This document shows positions 49,755-63,314 of a stretch of 64,000 nt of DNA, in pieces. The number at the start of each line of letters is the position of its first letter. Position 1 is the first letter of the stretch. A program made the position numbers and the translations under genes. The notes beneath the pieces are model-generated. The model worked only from the letters and a program-made list of their open reading frames with translations, ran no database searches and was not told the DNA's origin. Source of the stretch: Octopus vulgaris (Eukaryota); the NCBI GenBank assembly GCA_951406725.2, contig OX597815.1:17794001-17858000 (forward strand). Direction: 5' to 3'.

Positions 49755-49970
49755 AGAGAAGTGACTGTGTGGTAAGTAGCTTGCTTACCAACCACACAGT
49801 TCTGAGTTCAGTCCCATTGTGTGGCACCTTGGAGATGTGTCTTCTACTATAGCCTCAGGTCAACCAAAACCTTATGAGTGGATTTAGCAGATGAAAACTG
49901 GGGTTGATTTGTTCCACTAAAGGGATGGACACAGTCAAAATAAATTAAACAAGTAAAAGAATAAAAGAAC
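49755..49970 (+). mobile_element. SINE family A, internally deleted
   Basis: Head and tail joined. Confidence 0.75.
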
Positions 49971-50084
<114 letters not shown>

Positions 50085-50189
50085 TTAAATGAATTTTTTT
50101 TTAAAGAAAAGCTTAACACTAACTTCAAAATTTTGGGTTGCTTGCCATCATCAGATCAATGAATCTAAATCAGTGAGCAATCCTTCAGT

Positions 50190-50416
50190 TTAACCCTTTC
50201 GTATTCAGATTATTTTGTCAAATGTAATGATTTTTCATTTACATCGTTTGTAATTAATCATGCTTTATTTTGTAGCTATAAAGTTTTGATGATGAGATTG
50301 TATATTTCTAGAATGGCATTGAAGGGTAGGTGTGATAGGTTGGATCTGACTAGTTAGAACATAAAGCAGGTAGAATATAAGGGCCGGATATGGCCTGTTT
50401 AAATACTAAAGGGTTA
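50190..50416. mobile_element. piggyBac-type MITE family F
   Basis: TTAA-CCCTTT...AAAGGG-TTAA. Confidence 0.85.
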
Positions 50417-50791
50417 ATGCTATTTTATATACAACTTCACATAAAAACAAACACTAACATATGTATGTATATATATATATATGAACAGATTTAAGTTCCA
50501 GGGATCAAGGTGTAGGAAGAAAGTTAGTTTCGAGCAATCTGCTGTAAATATAAAAAAAAACAACTTTCAGGAACAATAGTGGTTTATTGCTACGGAGGGT
50601 TGCGGATTTTTTAATTTTTTTTATCAAAGAACAATGAACTGAAAAAAGTCCTTTTTATATTCCAGGGTTGCCAATTGTGTGAAAAAGAATACAAGAGTTA
50701 CAGAATGGAGTATGGAATATCTGGGCTACATATGTTTCATAGCAAGTGGAACCTCAGAAGTGGTGATAATTTAAGTGAGGTGTATACTACC

Positions 50792-51024
50792 TATTTCTTT
50801 ACTACCCACATGGGGCTAAACACAGAGAGGACAAACAAGGACAGACAATCGGATTAAGTCGATTATATCGACTCCAGTGTGTAGCTGGTACTTATTTAAT
50901 CGACCCCGAAAGGATGAAAGGCAAAGTCGACCTCGGCGGAATTTGAACTCAGAACATAGCGGCAGATGAAATATTGCAAAGCATTTCGCCCAGCGTGCTA
51001 ACGTTTCTGCCAGCTCGCCGCCTT
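50792..51024 (-). mobile_element. SINE family B with 14-bp TSD
   Basis: TSD AGGTGTATACTACC at 50778-50791 and 51025-51038. Confidence 0.92.
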
Positions 51025-51072
51025 AGGTGTATACTACCGGCTACTCTTCAGGTCAAGGATATCTTGATTAGA

Positions 51073-51302
51073 TTAACCCTTTAGTATTCAGATTATTTTG
51101 TTAAGTGTAATGCTTATTTATTTATGTTGATTTGAATAACTCATGCATTATCTTGTAGCTTTGAGATTTTGATGATGTTATTGTTTATTTTTAGCATGGC
51201 ATTGTAGGATTTATGCAAGAGGCTGGATCCAGTCAGTTTGAATGTAAAACAGGTAGAATATTTTGGGCTGGATATGGCTGGTTTAAATGCCAAAAGGTTA
51301 AA
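51073..51302. mobile_element. piggyBac-type MITE family F
   Basis: TTAA-CCCTTT...AAAAGG-TTAA; homologous to 50190-50416. Confidence 0.82.
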
Positions 51303-52592
51303 GCCTATGTTGTCTCCCAAGGAGGAACATGTTGATGCAAAGAGGATTCAGTCAGAATGTGTAGAGCGCACAGTATGTGATGGATGTAAAAATTTGGGGA
51401 GAAATAATACAAGAAAGGAAGAAAGGAGAGTAAGAAAAATAAATAAATAAAACAGAATAAAATAAAATAAAATAAAATATAAGGGAGTGAGAGAAAGGAG
51501 AAATTGAACAGGATGGTAGTAGACAATATAGTAATTCCAGCTTAATCATAGAATTCAGGAGTGGGATTGGCATTTGAAGGGAAGAGAAATTGGAGGGGAG
51601 AGGGTGGGGAAATGTTTTTGGTCATGGGGTGAAAAAGAAAGTATGTCTAAATAAAGCAAGGTATTTAAGTATGGCTAGAGGTTGTTTGTAGTTGAGGGGA
51701 GCTTTTATGGCCGAAAGGTGTAGATTGATACAAAAAAAAAAAAGGAAAAAAAGAGAAGGTATGAAATGGTGGAGGTATATGTAGGTGCATGTATTTGTAC
51801 ATTTACTGGATGAGGGAGTAGAAATATAAGGAGAGAAGAATATTTTAGGTAGTAAGTAAAAATATGGATAGAGAATTGTAACTAATGGTTAAGGAATTAA
51901 AAGGGGAGGAAAAATATTGTTGGTTTAATACACAGTGGTAATGAGATTGGATGATTAGGTGTGCCCTACAATATACCAGGTATAAACATTCAATTGAATA
52001 CATCCCCATGTAGGACATCCCTCTCTCAACTAAACCCAAAACAAAAAAAAACCCCAGTTCTCAGCTCCCATATGATAGACCTAATACCCCCTACACCATC
52101 CCTCCAATACCCACCCAAACATTGGAGTAGTAAACAACCTAATAACTGACACCTCTACCAAATAACTCCTAATCCTATATACATTACAAGCCACCAAAAC
52201 AGACATCAACATACACATCCAAAACTTTATCTCCACCTAGGTAACCTCACATATCCAATTGGATTAAATGAACTAGAAACCAAGACATCATATGGTTCCA
52301 TCCCCACTTCACCCTTAACATCTAGACTTGAGTATCCAAACCCATCTTTGCTCTACTAGAAAAAGGTTCCCCCTTAGAAAAAGGTTTAACCTCCAATCTA
52401 TAAAATTGTCCTATTTTGCCACCACTAACACTGCCAGAGTTATCAAACATCTTAACAACAAGAAACTGAGAAATCCACCAATGGCCAACCCCGACCCTAG
52501 TAAATTAATTCAATATAACTACCAACTCCATACATATAAACCCAAAATACCAACTGACCCCTGTAACAAAAATGCTCATAACTATAGTGCCA

Positions 52593-52825
52593 AAGGTGGC
52601 AAGCTGGCAGAAACGTTAGCACGCCGGGTGAAATGCCTAGCTGTATTTCATCTGTTGTTACGTTCTGAGTTCAAATTCCGCCGAGGTGGACTTTGCCTTT
52701 CATCCTTTCAGGGTCGATAAATAAAGTGCCAGTTACGCACTGGGGTCGATGTAACTGACTTAATCCATTGTCTGTCCTTGTTTGTCCCCTCTATGTTTAG
52801 CCCCTTGGGGATAGTAAAAAAATAT
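52593..52825 (+). mobile_element. SINE family B with 15-bp TSD
   Basis: TSD ATAACTATAGTGCCA at 52578-52592 and 52826-52840. Confidence 0.9.
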
Positions 52826-53689
52826 ATAACTATAGTGCCATTGTTAACACCCAACCCTTAAATCTACCACAACACCCAAATATACCTCCTGGCATAATAG
52901 AGAATACCACAGAGGATACTGCTGGGCACAATAATTATCAAACCATACAACTCAAAAACACCACCTTCAACTCCTTAATGATAACCTGAGCACCAACTAT
53001 TAGATTGTTCCGAAAATAATGGCCGCACTAAGTGTTGTGTTTTGAAACACAATTTTATCATAGTATTTTAATTATATTTTAGGTTAATTTCAACATACTT
53101 AGTAATTGATGTATGCTTTTTAATAATTTTCTACTTATTTCAGACAGAAAACATTCTTGAAGCATAGGCACCCTTAATTATGAACATGACAAAAAAGGAC
53201 CTTTGCTTACTTTTTCCTTGGATGACACCATCCCTTCATAAGGCTATCATAACCTCTAATCGAATTTTATACATCAAGATACACATACTCATAGTAACAC
53301 ATTTTCATATAGGTATACCACCAACTTTCTGGTATCCTTTGTTCTAAAGCCTTAACTGTTTTGCCAGATCATCACCAACACACCTCTAAACTAATAATTA
53401 TACACTAATTACTAATTATATCACACAGCTTGTGTACCAAAATATCATTGTCATTTTTTCAACAGTTCTACTTAATAGGTATGTGGGTATTTTGAAAATA
53501 CCTTATAGAGCGACAACCGTACCCTGGATTTATGGGCTACCTTTGGCAAGGCATAGCACCCATTCAGCCACCCTGCCAAGTATATGGCGAAGTCATGGGA
53601 CTACAGCATAGTGGATTGTGAAGAGGTGGTGTAAGAGTTACTCATAATTTTCATCAGGTTTTAAGAGGGTGTTGGACCGTCAATTATCA

Positions 53690-53958
53690 GAAAAAAGCCC
53701 GTTGTATATATGTATATATATGTGTGTGTGCGTGTATGTTTGTGTGTCTGTGTTTGTCCCCCTAGCATTGCTTGACAACCGATGCTGGTGTGTTTATGTC
53801 CCCATCACTTAGCGGTTCGGCAAAAGATACAGATAGAATAAGTACTGGGCTTACAAAGAATAAGTCCTGGGGTCGAGTTGCTCGATTAAAGGCGGAGCTC
53901 CAGCATGGCCGCAGTCAAAAGACTGAAACAAGTAAAAGAGTAAAAAGAGAAAAAGAGT
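53690..53958 (+). mobile_element. SINE family A, 5'-truncated
   Basis: Family match. Confidence 0.88.
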
Positions 53959-54413
53959 GTGGTGTACCTATACGTCTATCTTGTATACAATATCATAGTG
54001 CCATATGAGCAGTTAACAAGAAGTCAAAATGCTCAGATTGAGAGAGAGAGAGAGTGAGTAAGTGAGTGTATGTGTATGTCTGTCTGTGTGAAAAATTTCG
54101 TATTTATTCAACAATATGAGATTTCTAGTAATTTGTGTTGAATAAAAAAAATTACAATATCATACAGATGATCTCTTTGAGGTGATGACTCAAACTTTTT
54201 ATCTCAATGTTCTCTGACACTAACTTATATATTTATCTCCATAACAAATAACAAGCCTTTAATTGTAAGAACATTCTTGTAAAAAAGTAAGCATAGGTAT
54301 CTTATCGCACATTAATCGCAGAACAACTACAAAGTATGTCAAATAAAATAGTCTTTCCATTTTCCCTTTTATCAACCTTACTGTTATATAAGCTTACATT
54401 TTGATAATATATA

Positions 54414-54833
54414 TTTATTTCTTTACTACCCACAAAGGGGCTAAACAAAGAGAGGACAAACAAGGACAGACAAAGGGATTAAGTCGATTACATCGACCCC
54501 AGTGCGCAACTGGTACTTAATTTATCGACCCCGAAAGGATGAAAGGCAAAGTCGACCTCGGCGGAATTTGAACTCAGAACGTAACGGCAGACGAAATACC
54601 TATATCTTTACTACCCACAAGGGGCTAAACAAAGAGAGGACAAACAAGGACAGACAAAGGGATTAAGTCGATTACATCGACCCCAGTGCGCAACTGGTAC
54701 TTAATTTATCGACCCCGAAAGGATGAAATGCAAAGTCGACCTCGGCGGAATTTGAACTCAGAACGTAACGGCAGACGAAAAACGGCCACGCATTTCGCCT
54801 GGCATGCTAACGTTTCTGCCAGCTCACTGCCTT
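54414..54833 (-). mobile_element. SINE family B, tandem dimer (young)
   Basis: Two near-identical ~186-bp units; TTTTGATAATATATATT on both flanks. Confidence 0.92.
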
Positions 54834-54964
54834 TTGATAATATATATTAGTTACCATTTCATATTCCTTTTGTGAGATATTTGTTGTTTCAATTCCCAAG
54901 ATAAGCAAATGGAAGCCTCTAAATAGTTATCCAACATGTTAGGGATAGCAGCTAAATTTTCCTC

Positions 54965-55269
54965 ATCCGTACGTGGTCGATGCCAGCACCACCTTGACTG
55001 GCTTCCATGCCAGTGGCACGTAAAAAGCACCAACCAATCGTGGCCGTTGCCAGCTTCCCCTGGCACCTGTGCCCGTGGTATGTAAAAAGCACCCACTACA
55101 CTCACGGAGTGGTTGGCGTTAGGAAGGGCATCCAGCTGTAGAAACACTTCCAGATCAGACTGGAGCCTGGTGCAGCCTGCTGGCTTCCCAGATCCCCGGT
55201 CGAACTGTCCAACCCATGCTAGCATGGAAAACATACATTAAACGATGATGATGATGATGATGATGATGA
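54965..55269 (+). mobile_element. RTE 3' tail (family C)
   Basis: Family match. Confidence 0.88.
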
Positions 55270-56994
55270 CTGTTACTTTCTTTTAAAAATAAAAGGATTG
55301 AATAATGTTGACTAAGAGAAACTAGACCTGAAAAAAGATGGGATGGTCATGGCTGAATTGGCATAGGGTCATTTAATCAAAAATCATTTAGGATGAAACA
55401 ATAATGATTATCCATCCTTGGATAAATTCTAACCCAACTTCATTGCAAGAAGGAAACAAAGAGGATTAAATAATTATATTTTTATGGAAAGCTTAAAAGA
55501 AAAATGGTTCAGTAAATTGATGTATTTTCTGGGAATTTTTTAATTTTTTTTATGAGATGACTTATGTCACACTTCTCCACATCCCTTTCAATGCATTTTT
55601 ATATCTTTTTGTTTCCATGAGACTGAAATTTCTTTACAGAAGCCTTCCTCATGATATTGAAGTTGTGTATTTATGAAAACTTTGGAATTCGTTAATGCGG
55701 AACATGTTTTTTCCATTCTTTCTTCCATATTCATTAACCTTCATGTAACATAGAAGTTAATGGGGAAATAGGTTTTGTGGTATGGAACTCCACATCATGG
55801 CAAGATTTTCAAGAGTACAATACTTTCATAACACAGGGGATGCCTAAGATATAAAACTAGTTTTATATACTGCCCATTACAATCATCATCATTTAACATT
55901 CTTGTCCTATGTTGACATGGGTTCGATGATTTGACAGAATCCTTTGGATTCAAGGATCACATCATACTCCAGTGTCAGATTTGGCAATGGTTTCTATGGC
56001 TGGATGCCCTTCTTTATGCCAACCACATAGGAAAAATTATTTAATAAATGTTAATTTATATACACCATTTAATCAATTTTTTATATCAGGAAGTGTAAAT
56101 ATAAAATATAAGAAAATTATATTTTAACTAAAACTAAAATCAAACTTGCTTAATGATATTACTCTAGCATTATACCTTAAACAGTTGGAAAAGGGCTGCA
56201 TGACAAACAGCAAAAAACAATAAATTTTTCTTTTTCTTTAGGGTAATTCTTATACTTATTTTCAATTTAAATAAGTACAAAACCTATAACAATTGTTAGT
56301 CTCTCGTACAATAAAACTTATAAAGCTCATTATTAAAAATTGTGCAAAATATTCACTTTTCTTTGATGGAGGCTGTGTCCATGTAAAATTTTTGAACATC
56401 AATTGATGATGTCCACCATTTAAGGATTTGCTTACATCATAAATTACCACGCGATGAGACAGAACATTCATAAGAGCATAAATTCTATATTGTGATATTA
56501 GGATATATTTATACAGGTTGGACTTCTTAAATCCAGCAATGTCAGGACTCGACCATTACTGCATGATATAAACATGCCAGAAAATAGAAAACAAAAGTTG
56601 TAGTGGCCCCTATGTAAACATAGTTTTACTACCTCATTCCATAGCTATCTCACTCCCTCTTTCACTACACACACACACAGATATATATATGTATATATAT
56701 ATATATATATAGGTAGGTAGGTAGTAAGGCAGATATGCAGTTTTGCTTCAGATGTATATTCACAGTACAGAAGTGGTGATGAGAGACAAGACAAGATGAA
56801 GTTAAGGCTTCACAAAGACCAGATACGAAGAAGATAAAGCTAATAGCTGGCCAAAAAAAATGGTGTTGACAGTTAACCTAAACTACTGTTCAAAACTATA
56901 AAGCTACATCTTCTTTTAAGTTATTTGGAAATTTAGTTCTGAATTTATGTGGACTAAGGAGGCATAATCTATTGTAAATGGGAGTTTTGGGATC

Positions 56995-57712
56995 CAAGAC
57001 AACTCGAGACAACTTGAGAAATACGCCTTCAAGACCTCAAAAAAACACTATTACAAAACCAATATACCTCCACACTCATAGACTATGGAATAAAACGTGC
57101 CAAAGAACTTGACAATAATACACTGAAAACCACCCAACACAGTAACACACCCAACCTCAAAATACTTCCATACATTTCCACGCATAACCCCAAAAACATC
57201 GAAGCATACACCACAATCATATAAAACCTCCTCTTACTGTCCACAGACCCAAAAATAAATAATATTATCAATACACATAAAATCCTTAAATGCAACATAA
57301 ATCTTTGAAAAAACTCTTAACAAATGCCAAACTTCACACACCACATCCACCCCCATCAGTTAAAAAATGTGCACGCCCTAACTGTGGTACCTGCCACTTC
57401 CTACTTGAAGGCTCTGAATTTACTTTCAAACAAGGAACAAAGTTTAAAATCAAAACCAATTATGTCGGACAAACGAGCCTTCTTTTACGCAGAAGAGTAG
57501 CAGTCCATAAAGAACAGATAAATCCCCCACAATACTGTCAAATTCCACTCAGTAACCACATAGACTCTTGCGCTAGAGATAAAAATCCCAAATTTCATAT
57601 ATTCCCTTTCTACCAATGTAAAGACAGAATCTCTACACAAGAAAGAATAAACAAGGAGAATCTTTTTATTGAAAAATATCAAATGCGTCTTAATATGAAA
57701 ACTCCACGGTGA
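56995..57712 (+). mobile_element. Penelope-like element fragment (RT thumb, Cys linker, GIY-YIG endonuclease)
   Basis: LPYISTHNP, KSLKKLL, CARPNCGTC, NYVGQT...RVAVH...LSNH...ERINKENLFI...RLN; stop and frameshift present, GIY half deleted. Confidence 0.88.
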
Positions 57713-58304
57713 CCATATTCCTTTTTCTAGCATCCTATCTGACAAAAATTGATATAAGCATCCTGTTTGACAAAAAATCCAGCATTCCAATTAAAGAGCA
57801 TAAAATCCACAGAATTTTCTTCCCTTACACACAGGAACTGGATAACTCCTACCCCATTTCCTGTTTTGACACACAATCACCCAACCTAGTCAAACTAAAC
57901 ACTTCACTTAAACACATGCATCCTAATCCTCCAAAGAAGTTTTTCCAAGGACTATTCTTGAACTCTAAGAGCATAAAGACTCTACAATGTATTGGTATAC
58001 TTATTTATTAATTTTTGTAAATATGTATTATCATTTTTTTGAAAAAAACATTGTAAATTTCTTTCCCCCCTCCTTCTTCAATTTCAAAAAAAATTTTTCC
58101 CCTTCCAAATCTTGAAAATTTGCCCTGCAATGAAAGCTGGTTTGATTTCTTTTTTCTTTTTTAATTTTCCATACACCCATTTTTATTAAAATTTACTTTC
58201 AATTTAGCATTCTGCCTTATTATTTTTTCCTCTGCTATCATTTCTACACGTGCAGTTAACACAACCCCACCATTTACTGACTTATATATTTATATATATA
58301 TACC

Positions 58305-58728
58305 ATGGCCAATGCCAGTGGGTGTAACCAGCCCACTTATGAATACCCCTCATTCATTGGACAATAAACTTTGCTTGCGAAGGCCTATTGAGGCAAGTGA
58401 AACTGCCTGATTGGCACTTCTGCCAATAGATCATTAAAAGCACATCTGAATGTGGAGTGTAACCGGCCCCACTTATGAGTACCCCTTATTCATTGAACAA
58501 TGAACTTTGCTTGCAAAGACCTATTGAGGCAAGTGTAAACAAATCAAAATTGCTGATGTGGTCGATGACAGTACAGGCTGATTGGCACTCGTGCCAATGG
58601 AACGTCAAATGCACAGCCAAGAGTGATCGTTGCCAGGGCCATGGATTGGCTCCCATGCGGGTGACATGTCAAAGGCACCATTCGGGCGTGATCATTGCCT
58701 TATATGTCTGTGTATATATGTGTGTGTG

Positions 58729-58765
<37 letters not shown>

Positions 58766-59132
58766 ATGTATATGTGTGTGTGTGTATATATATATATATG
58801 TGTGCGTGTGTGTGTGTGTGCTGGTGGCATGTCAAAAACAACATTTGAGCGTGGTCATTGCCAGTGCTGCCGGACTGGCTCCCATGCAGGTAGCATGTAA
58901 AAATACCTTTGAGCATGATCGTCGCCAGAACCACCTGACTGGCCCTCATGCCGGTGGCACATAAAATCACCCACTACACTCTCGGAGTGGTTGGCGTTAG
59001 GAAGAGCATCCAGCTGTAGAAACTTTGCCAGATCAGATTGAGCCTGGTGCAGCCTCTGGCTCACCAGTCCTCAGTCAAACTGTCCAACCCATGCCAGCAT
59101 GGAAAGTGGACGTTAAATAATGATGATGATGA
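58305..59132 (+). mobile_element. RTE 3' UTR (family C) interrupted by a microsatellite
   Basis: Family match; internal duplication at 58320-58400 / 58457-58535; TG/TA tract at 58700-58820. Confidence 0.8.
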
Positions 59133-59159
59133 CACATACATACATACATATACACACAC

Positions 59160-59190
<31 letters not shown>

Positions 59191-59336
59191 TATATATACA
59201 CACACATATATATATACACACACACATACATACATACATACATATATACACACATATATTTATATATACACACAAACATACATACATGTATATATATAAA
59301 CATATACATACATACATATATATAGATATATATATG

Positions 59337-59368
<32 letters not shown>

Positions 59369-59435
59369 CACACACATACATATATATATTCACACATACA
59401 TACATATATTTATACACACACACGCATATATATAT
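59133..59435. repeat. Compound (CA)/(TA) microsatellite
   Basis: Directly visible. Confidence 0.95.
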
Positions 59436-59557
59436 GGCAGTAGTAGCTTTATATAAATTTTTTCTAAAATGGTATGAATATGTCTCAATTTTATTTATTA
59501 TTACTTAAATTGTGTGCATGTGTGTGTGTTATTGGGTAGGGATGTGTATGAGTATGT

Positions 59558-59604
<47 letters not shown>

Positions 59605-59847
59605 AAGTTATATTTAGTAACTCTACCATTAAATCCGTATCAAGTTTTAATGCGGATACCTGACTGCCTGCTAATCCTAAGGGATTTAGTGATGACAGTG
59701 GACATGAAACAGAGTTAGAATTGGAGACTTAGCTTAGTATCATGTGATTTGTGAAATTTATACTCAACCCTACATTTCTATGAGCTGATCAGTTTAATGT
59801 TTTCATACAAAACCACAAAAACAGTAGCTATGAGATATATATATATA

Positions 59848-59982
59848 TCATTATCATCATCATTTAACATCCGCTTTCCATGCTGAGGACTGGCGAACCA
59901 AATGGCTGCACCAGACTCTAAGGTGATCTGGCAGAGTGTCAACAGCTGGATGCCCTTCCTAACGCCAACCACTCTGAGAGTG
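59848..59982 (-). mobile_element. RTE 3' tail (family C), short
   Basis: Family match. Confidence 0.8.
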
Positions 59983-60004
59983 TATATATATATATATATG
60001 TATA

Positions 60005-60272
60005 TCACGTTCATGTTACCGACCAGACCATCAGATGTTGTTACACATCGCTGGTCACTATGCGTTCGTATTGTTTTAGCCTTTGAATGATGCCACCCCA
60101 CTGGCTAAGCGAGCAGGCCAACAGAAGAAAGAGTGGTGAAAGAGTACAGCAGGGATCACCACCCTCTGCCGGAGCATCGTGGAGCTTTTAAGTGTTTTTG
60201 CTCAATAAACACTCACAACGCCCAGTCTGGGAATTGAAACCGCGATCCTACGACTGGGCCATTGTGCCTCCA
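60005..60272 (-). mobile_element. SINE family D (tail type 1) in (TA)n
   Basis: Reverse-complement homolog of 8562-8840. Confidence 0.85.
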
Positions 60273-60290
60273 CATATATATATATATATA

Positions 60291-60525
60291 TATAATTTAG
60301 GGTATCTATGAGATACCACCATGCTGAAAATAGCAGCCAAAATCTGACTCTAAATCCACATTAAATGTTCATACAGCACAAGGAGGGAAGACAAAAAGAC
60401 AAAATAAAACTAGTTGTCTTTTTGTCTTCTCTCCTGGTGCTGTATGAACATTTAATGTAGTTTCAGAGTCAGATTTTGGCTGCTATTTTCAGCATGGCAG
60501 TATCTCATAGATACCTTAAATTATA
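60291..60525. mobile_element. Palindromic MITE with ~112-bp arms
   Basis: 60291-60402 versus 60414-60525, 11-nt loop, TA-rich ends. Confidence 0.85.
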
Positions 60526-60627
60526 ATTCTAATAATAATTATTACCTTTGAAGATTTTTATTTCCATGCTGGCAACCTGATAAGATCAGTATCTAATTTA
60601 AATTAACGATCTTATCCTTATTTATAT

Positions 60628-60742
60628 AGAATAAGTACTAGGCTTACAAAGAATAAGTCCTGGGGTCAATTTGCTCGACTAACGGCGGTGCCCCAGCATA
60701 GCCACAGTCAAATGACTGAAACAAGTAAAAGAGTAAAAGAGA
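60628..60742 (+). mobile_element. SINE family A 3' fragment
   Basis: Family match. Confidence 0.85.
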
Positions 60743-61086
60743 TACACACACATAGAATATTAATAATTTCATTTGGTGCACTATGGGAAAGAAATTTCAT
60801 ATGAACACCTGTACCACAAGCTGCTGAATGTTGTTAGTGTGAGGTTAATTAATTCGTTACAACCTCCCAGCTGCAAAGTAATAAACAGCAGTAACTTGAC
60901 CACTCATCATACCATTTGGTTAATAACATCATTCCACTATTCTTACTCACGAACTTTCCACTAAGAAGCAGTTGTTTTTGGGCATTTTATTCATTTGGCT
61001 GTTAAGAAGAAATGCATTAAAAAAATGGGGGAGAAGGAGTACAAAGCGGGGAGGAGAGAAACAGACAGAGAATGTTGAGTCTGATA

Positions 61087-62087
61087 TTAACCCTTTTGAT
61101 AGCAACCTGGCTAAAACTGGCTCTGGCTCTATAGTACAAATATCTTGTTTTCAAAAATTCTGAATTAAAATCTTCCACGAAACCCAAGTCACAAGTTATG
61201 TTCCTAACACTAGCTTAATAACAACTAAGTTATTTTACTAAATTCTTTGTTACATTTGAAATCAATTGAAAGAAACACAGAGCATCTCAAAATAAATACA
61301 GTAACGAAAGGGTTAAAATATATAAAAGAGAAACAATTCTTAACCCTTTTGTTACCAACCCGGCTGAAACCGCCTCTGGCTCTGGCTCTATAGTACAAAT
61401 ATCTTGTTTTCAAAAATTCTGAATTAAAATCTTCCACGAAACCCAAGTCACAATTTATGTTCCTAACACTAGCTTAATAATAACTAAGTTATTTTACTAA
61501 ATTCTTTGTTACATTTGAAATCAATTGAAAGAAACACAGAGCATCTCAAAATAAATACAGTAACGAAAGGGTTAAAATATATAAAAGAGAAACAATTCTT
61601 AACCCTTTTGTTACCAACCTGGCTGAAACCGCCTCTGGCTCTGGCTCTATAGTACAAATATCTTGTTTTCAAAAATTCTGAATTAAAATCTTCCACGAAA
61701 CCCAAGTCACAATTTATGTTCCTAACACTAGCTTAATAATAACTAAGTTATTTTACTAAATTCTTTGTTATATTTGAAATCAATTGAAAGAAACAAAGAG
61801 CATCTCAAAATAAATACAGTAATGAAAGGGTTAAAATATATAATAGAGAAACAATTCTTAACCCTTTTGATAGCAACCTGGCTGAAACCACCTCTGGCTC
61901 TATAGTACAAATGTCTTGTTTTCAAAAATTCTGAATGAAAATCTTCCACCAAACTTTAGTCACAGTTTATGTTCCTAACACTAGCTTAATAATAACTAAG
62001 TTATGTTACTAAATTCTTTGTTATATTTGAAATCAATTGAAAGAAACACAGAGCATCTCAAAATAAATGCAGTAACGAAAGGGTTAA
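61087..62087. repeat. Tandem tetramer (253-259-bp period) of piggyBac-type MITE family E
   Basis: Units start at TTAA 61087, 61340, 61599 and 61858, each CCCTTT...AAAGGG-TTAA. Confidence 0.93.
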
Positions 62088-62230
62088 ATGATATTCATTA
62101 CTTACTTTTTAGATATGGTTACCTTCGGTAATTAAGTAGTAATCAGAATTAAACTTTATAGTGTCCTCTAAAAAGAAGAAGCATAGTGAGATATTGATTT
62201 TGATCTGATTTTATTCTGGGGGACCAATGC

Positions 62231-62434
62231 TATCATCATCATTGTTCGACCGTAGTCGAGACAATGGAATTTACTATTTTACGCCAGACTTCACAGTCCA
62301 TCATAGCATTACAGAGGTCCTGTTGCTGGATGCCTGTATCCCTGGAGATTACATCAGGGTAGGAGAGTGCGCACCCTCTGGTATCGCGAGCAGATGGCTT
62401 CCAGAGGAGAAGAGTAGAAATTACCTCGTTTTCA
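62231..62434 (-). mobile_element. Second RTE-group family, 5'-truncated
   Basis: Homolog of 37160-37410; TSD GACCAATGC at 62222-62230 and 62435-62443. Confidence 0.88.
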
Positions 62435-62703
62435 GACCAATGCCAAAGAAACACCTATCTGATGGGCTGATTAACTAGAATCTACTAAATAAGCATCAGA
62501 CATAATATTTAGCAGTATCCGTCCCAGTTCTTTACATTCCGAGATCAAATGCCACCAAAGTCAACTTTGTCTTTCATCCTTTCAGGGTCAGTAAAATAAA
62601 GTACCAGTCAAATACTGAGGTTAATACAATCAACTATCTTCTTCACCCTACAAAATTGCTGGTCTTATGTCAAAATTTGAGACAATTATTATTATTATTA
62701 AAG

Positions 62704-62859
62704 CTCTCGGAATGGTTGGCGTTAGGAAGGGCATCCAGCTGTAGAAACTCTGCCAGATCAAGATTGGAGCCTGGTGCAGCCATCTGGTTCGCCAGCCCTC
62801 AGTCAAAATCGTCCAACCCATGCTAGCAAGGAAAGCGGACGTTAAACGACGATGATGAT
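62704..62859 (+). mobile_element. RTE 3' tail (family C), flanked by diverged SINE B copies
   Basis: Family match. Confidence 0.85.
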
Positions 62860-63314
62860 GAGTTGGTAGAGCTGGTGAAGTAGTGGAAAAAATGCTTTGT
62901 GGTATTTGTTTTAACTTTTTATCTTCTAAGCTCAATGTTGTCTGCCATCCTTTCAGAGCCAATGAAATAATGTACCAGTGAAATACTGGGGTCAATTTGA
63001 TCAACAGCACCCCCACCCCCACCCCCGTCAAAACTGCTGACCTTGTGCCTAAATCAGAACCAATCACCATCATCAAGATTTTCTTTGAACAATTTCTGCA
63101 ATTTTGGGATTATCACTTTACTGAATTAAAAAGAGAGGTTACAAAGTCTGGAGCAAATTAAACTGAACATGAGAAGTCGATACATCATATATTAAATTTA
63201 TAGATCTGACAATAAATTATACAATCCTGTGATAATTACAGCTAAATCAGTTTGATCCATAGTTGTTAAATGCCTTGGTCATGGATAGATGTCATAGACC
63301 TAATTTAAATTACA

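Noticed and set aside
61087-62087. CRISPR-like repeat-spacer array
   Set aside because: Repeats are ~230 bp, spacers are essentially identical, no cas genes, eukaryotic context
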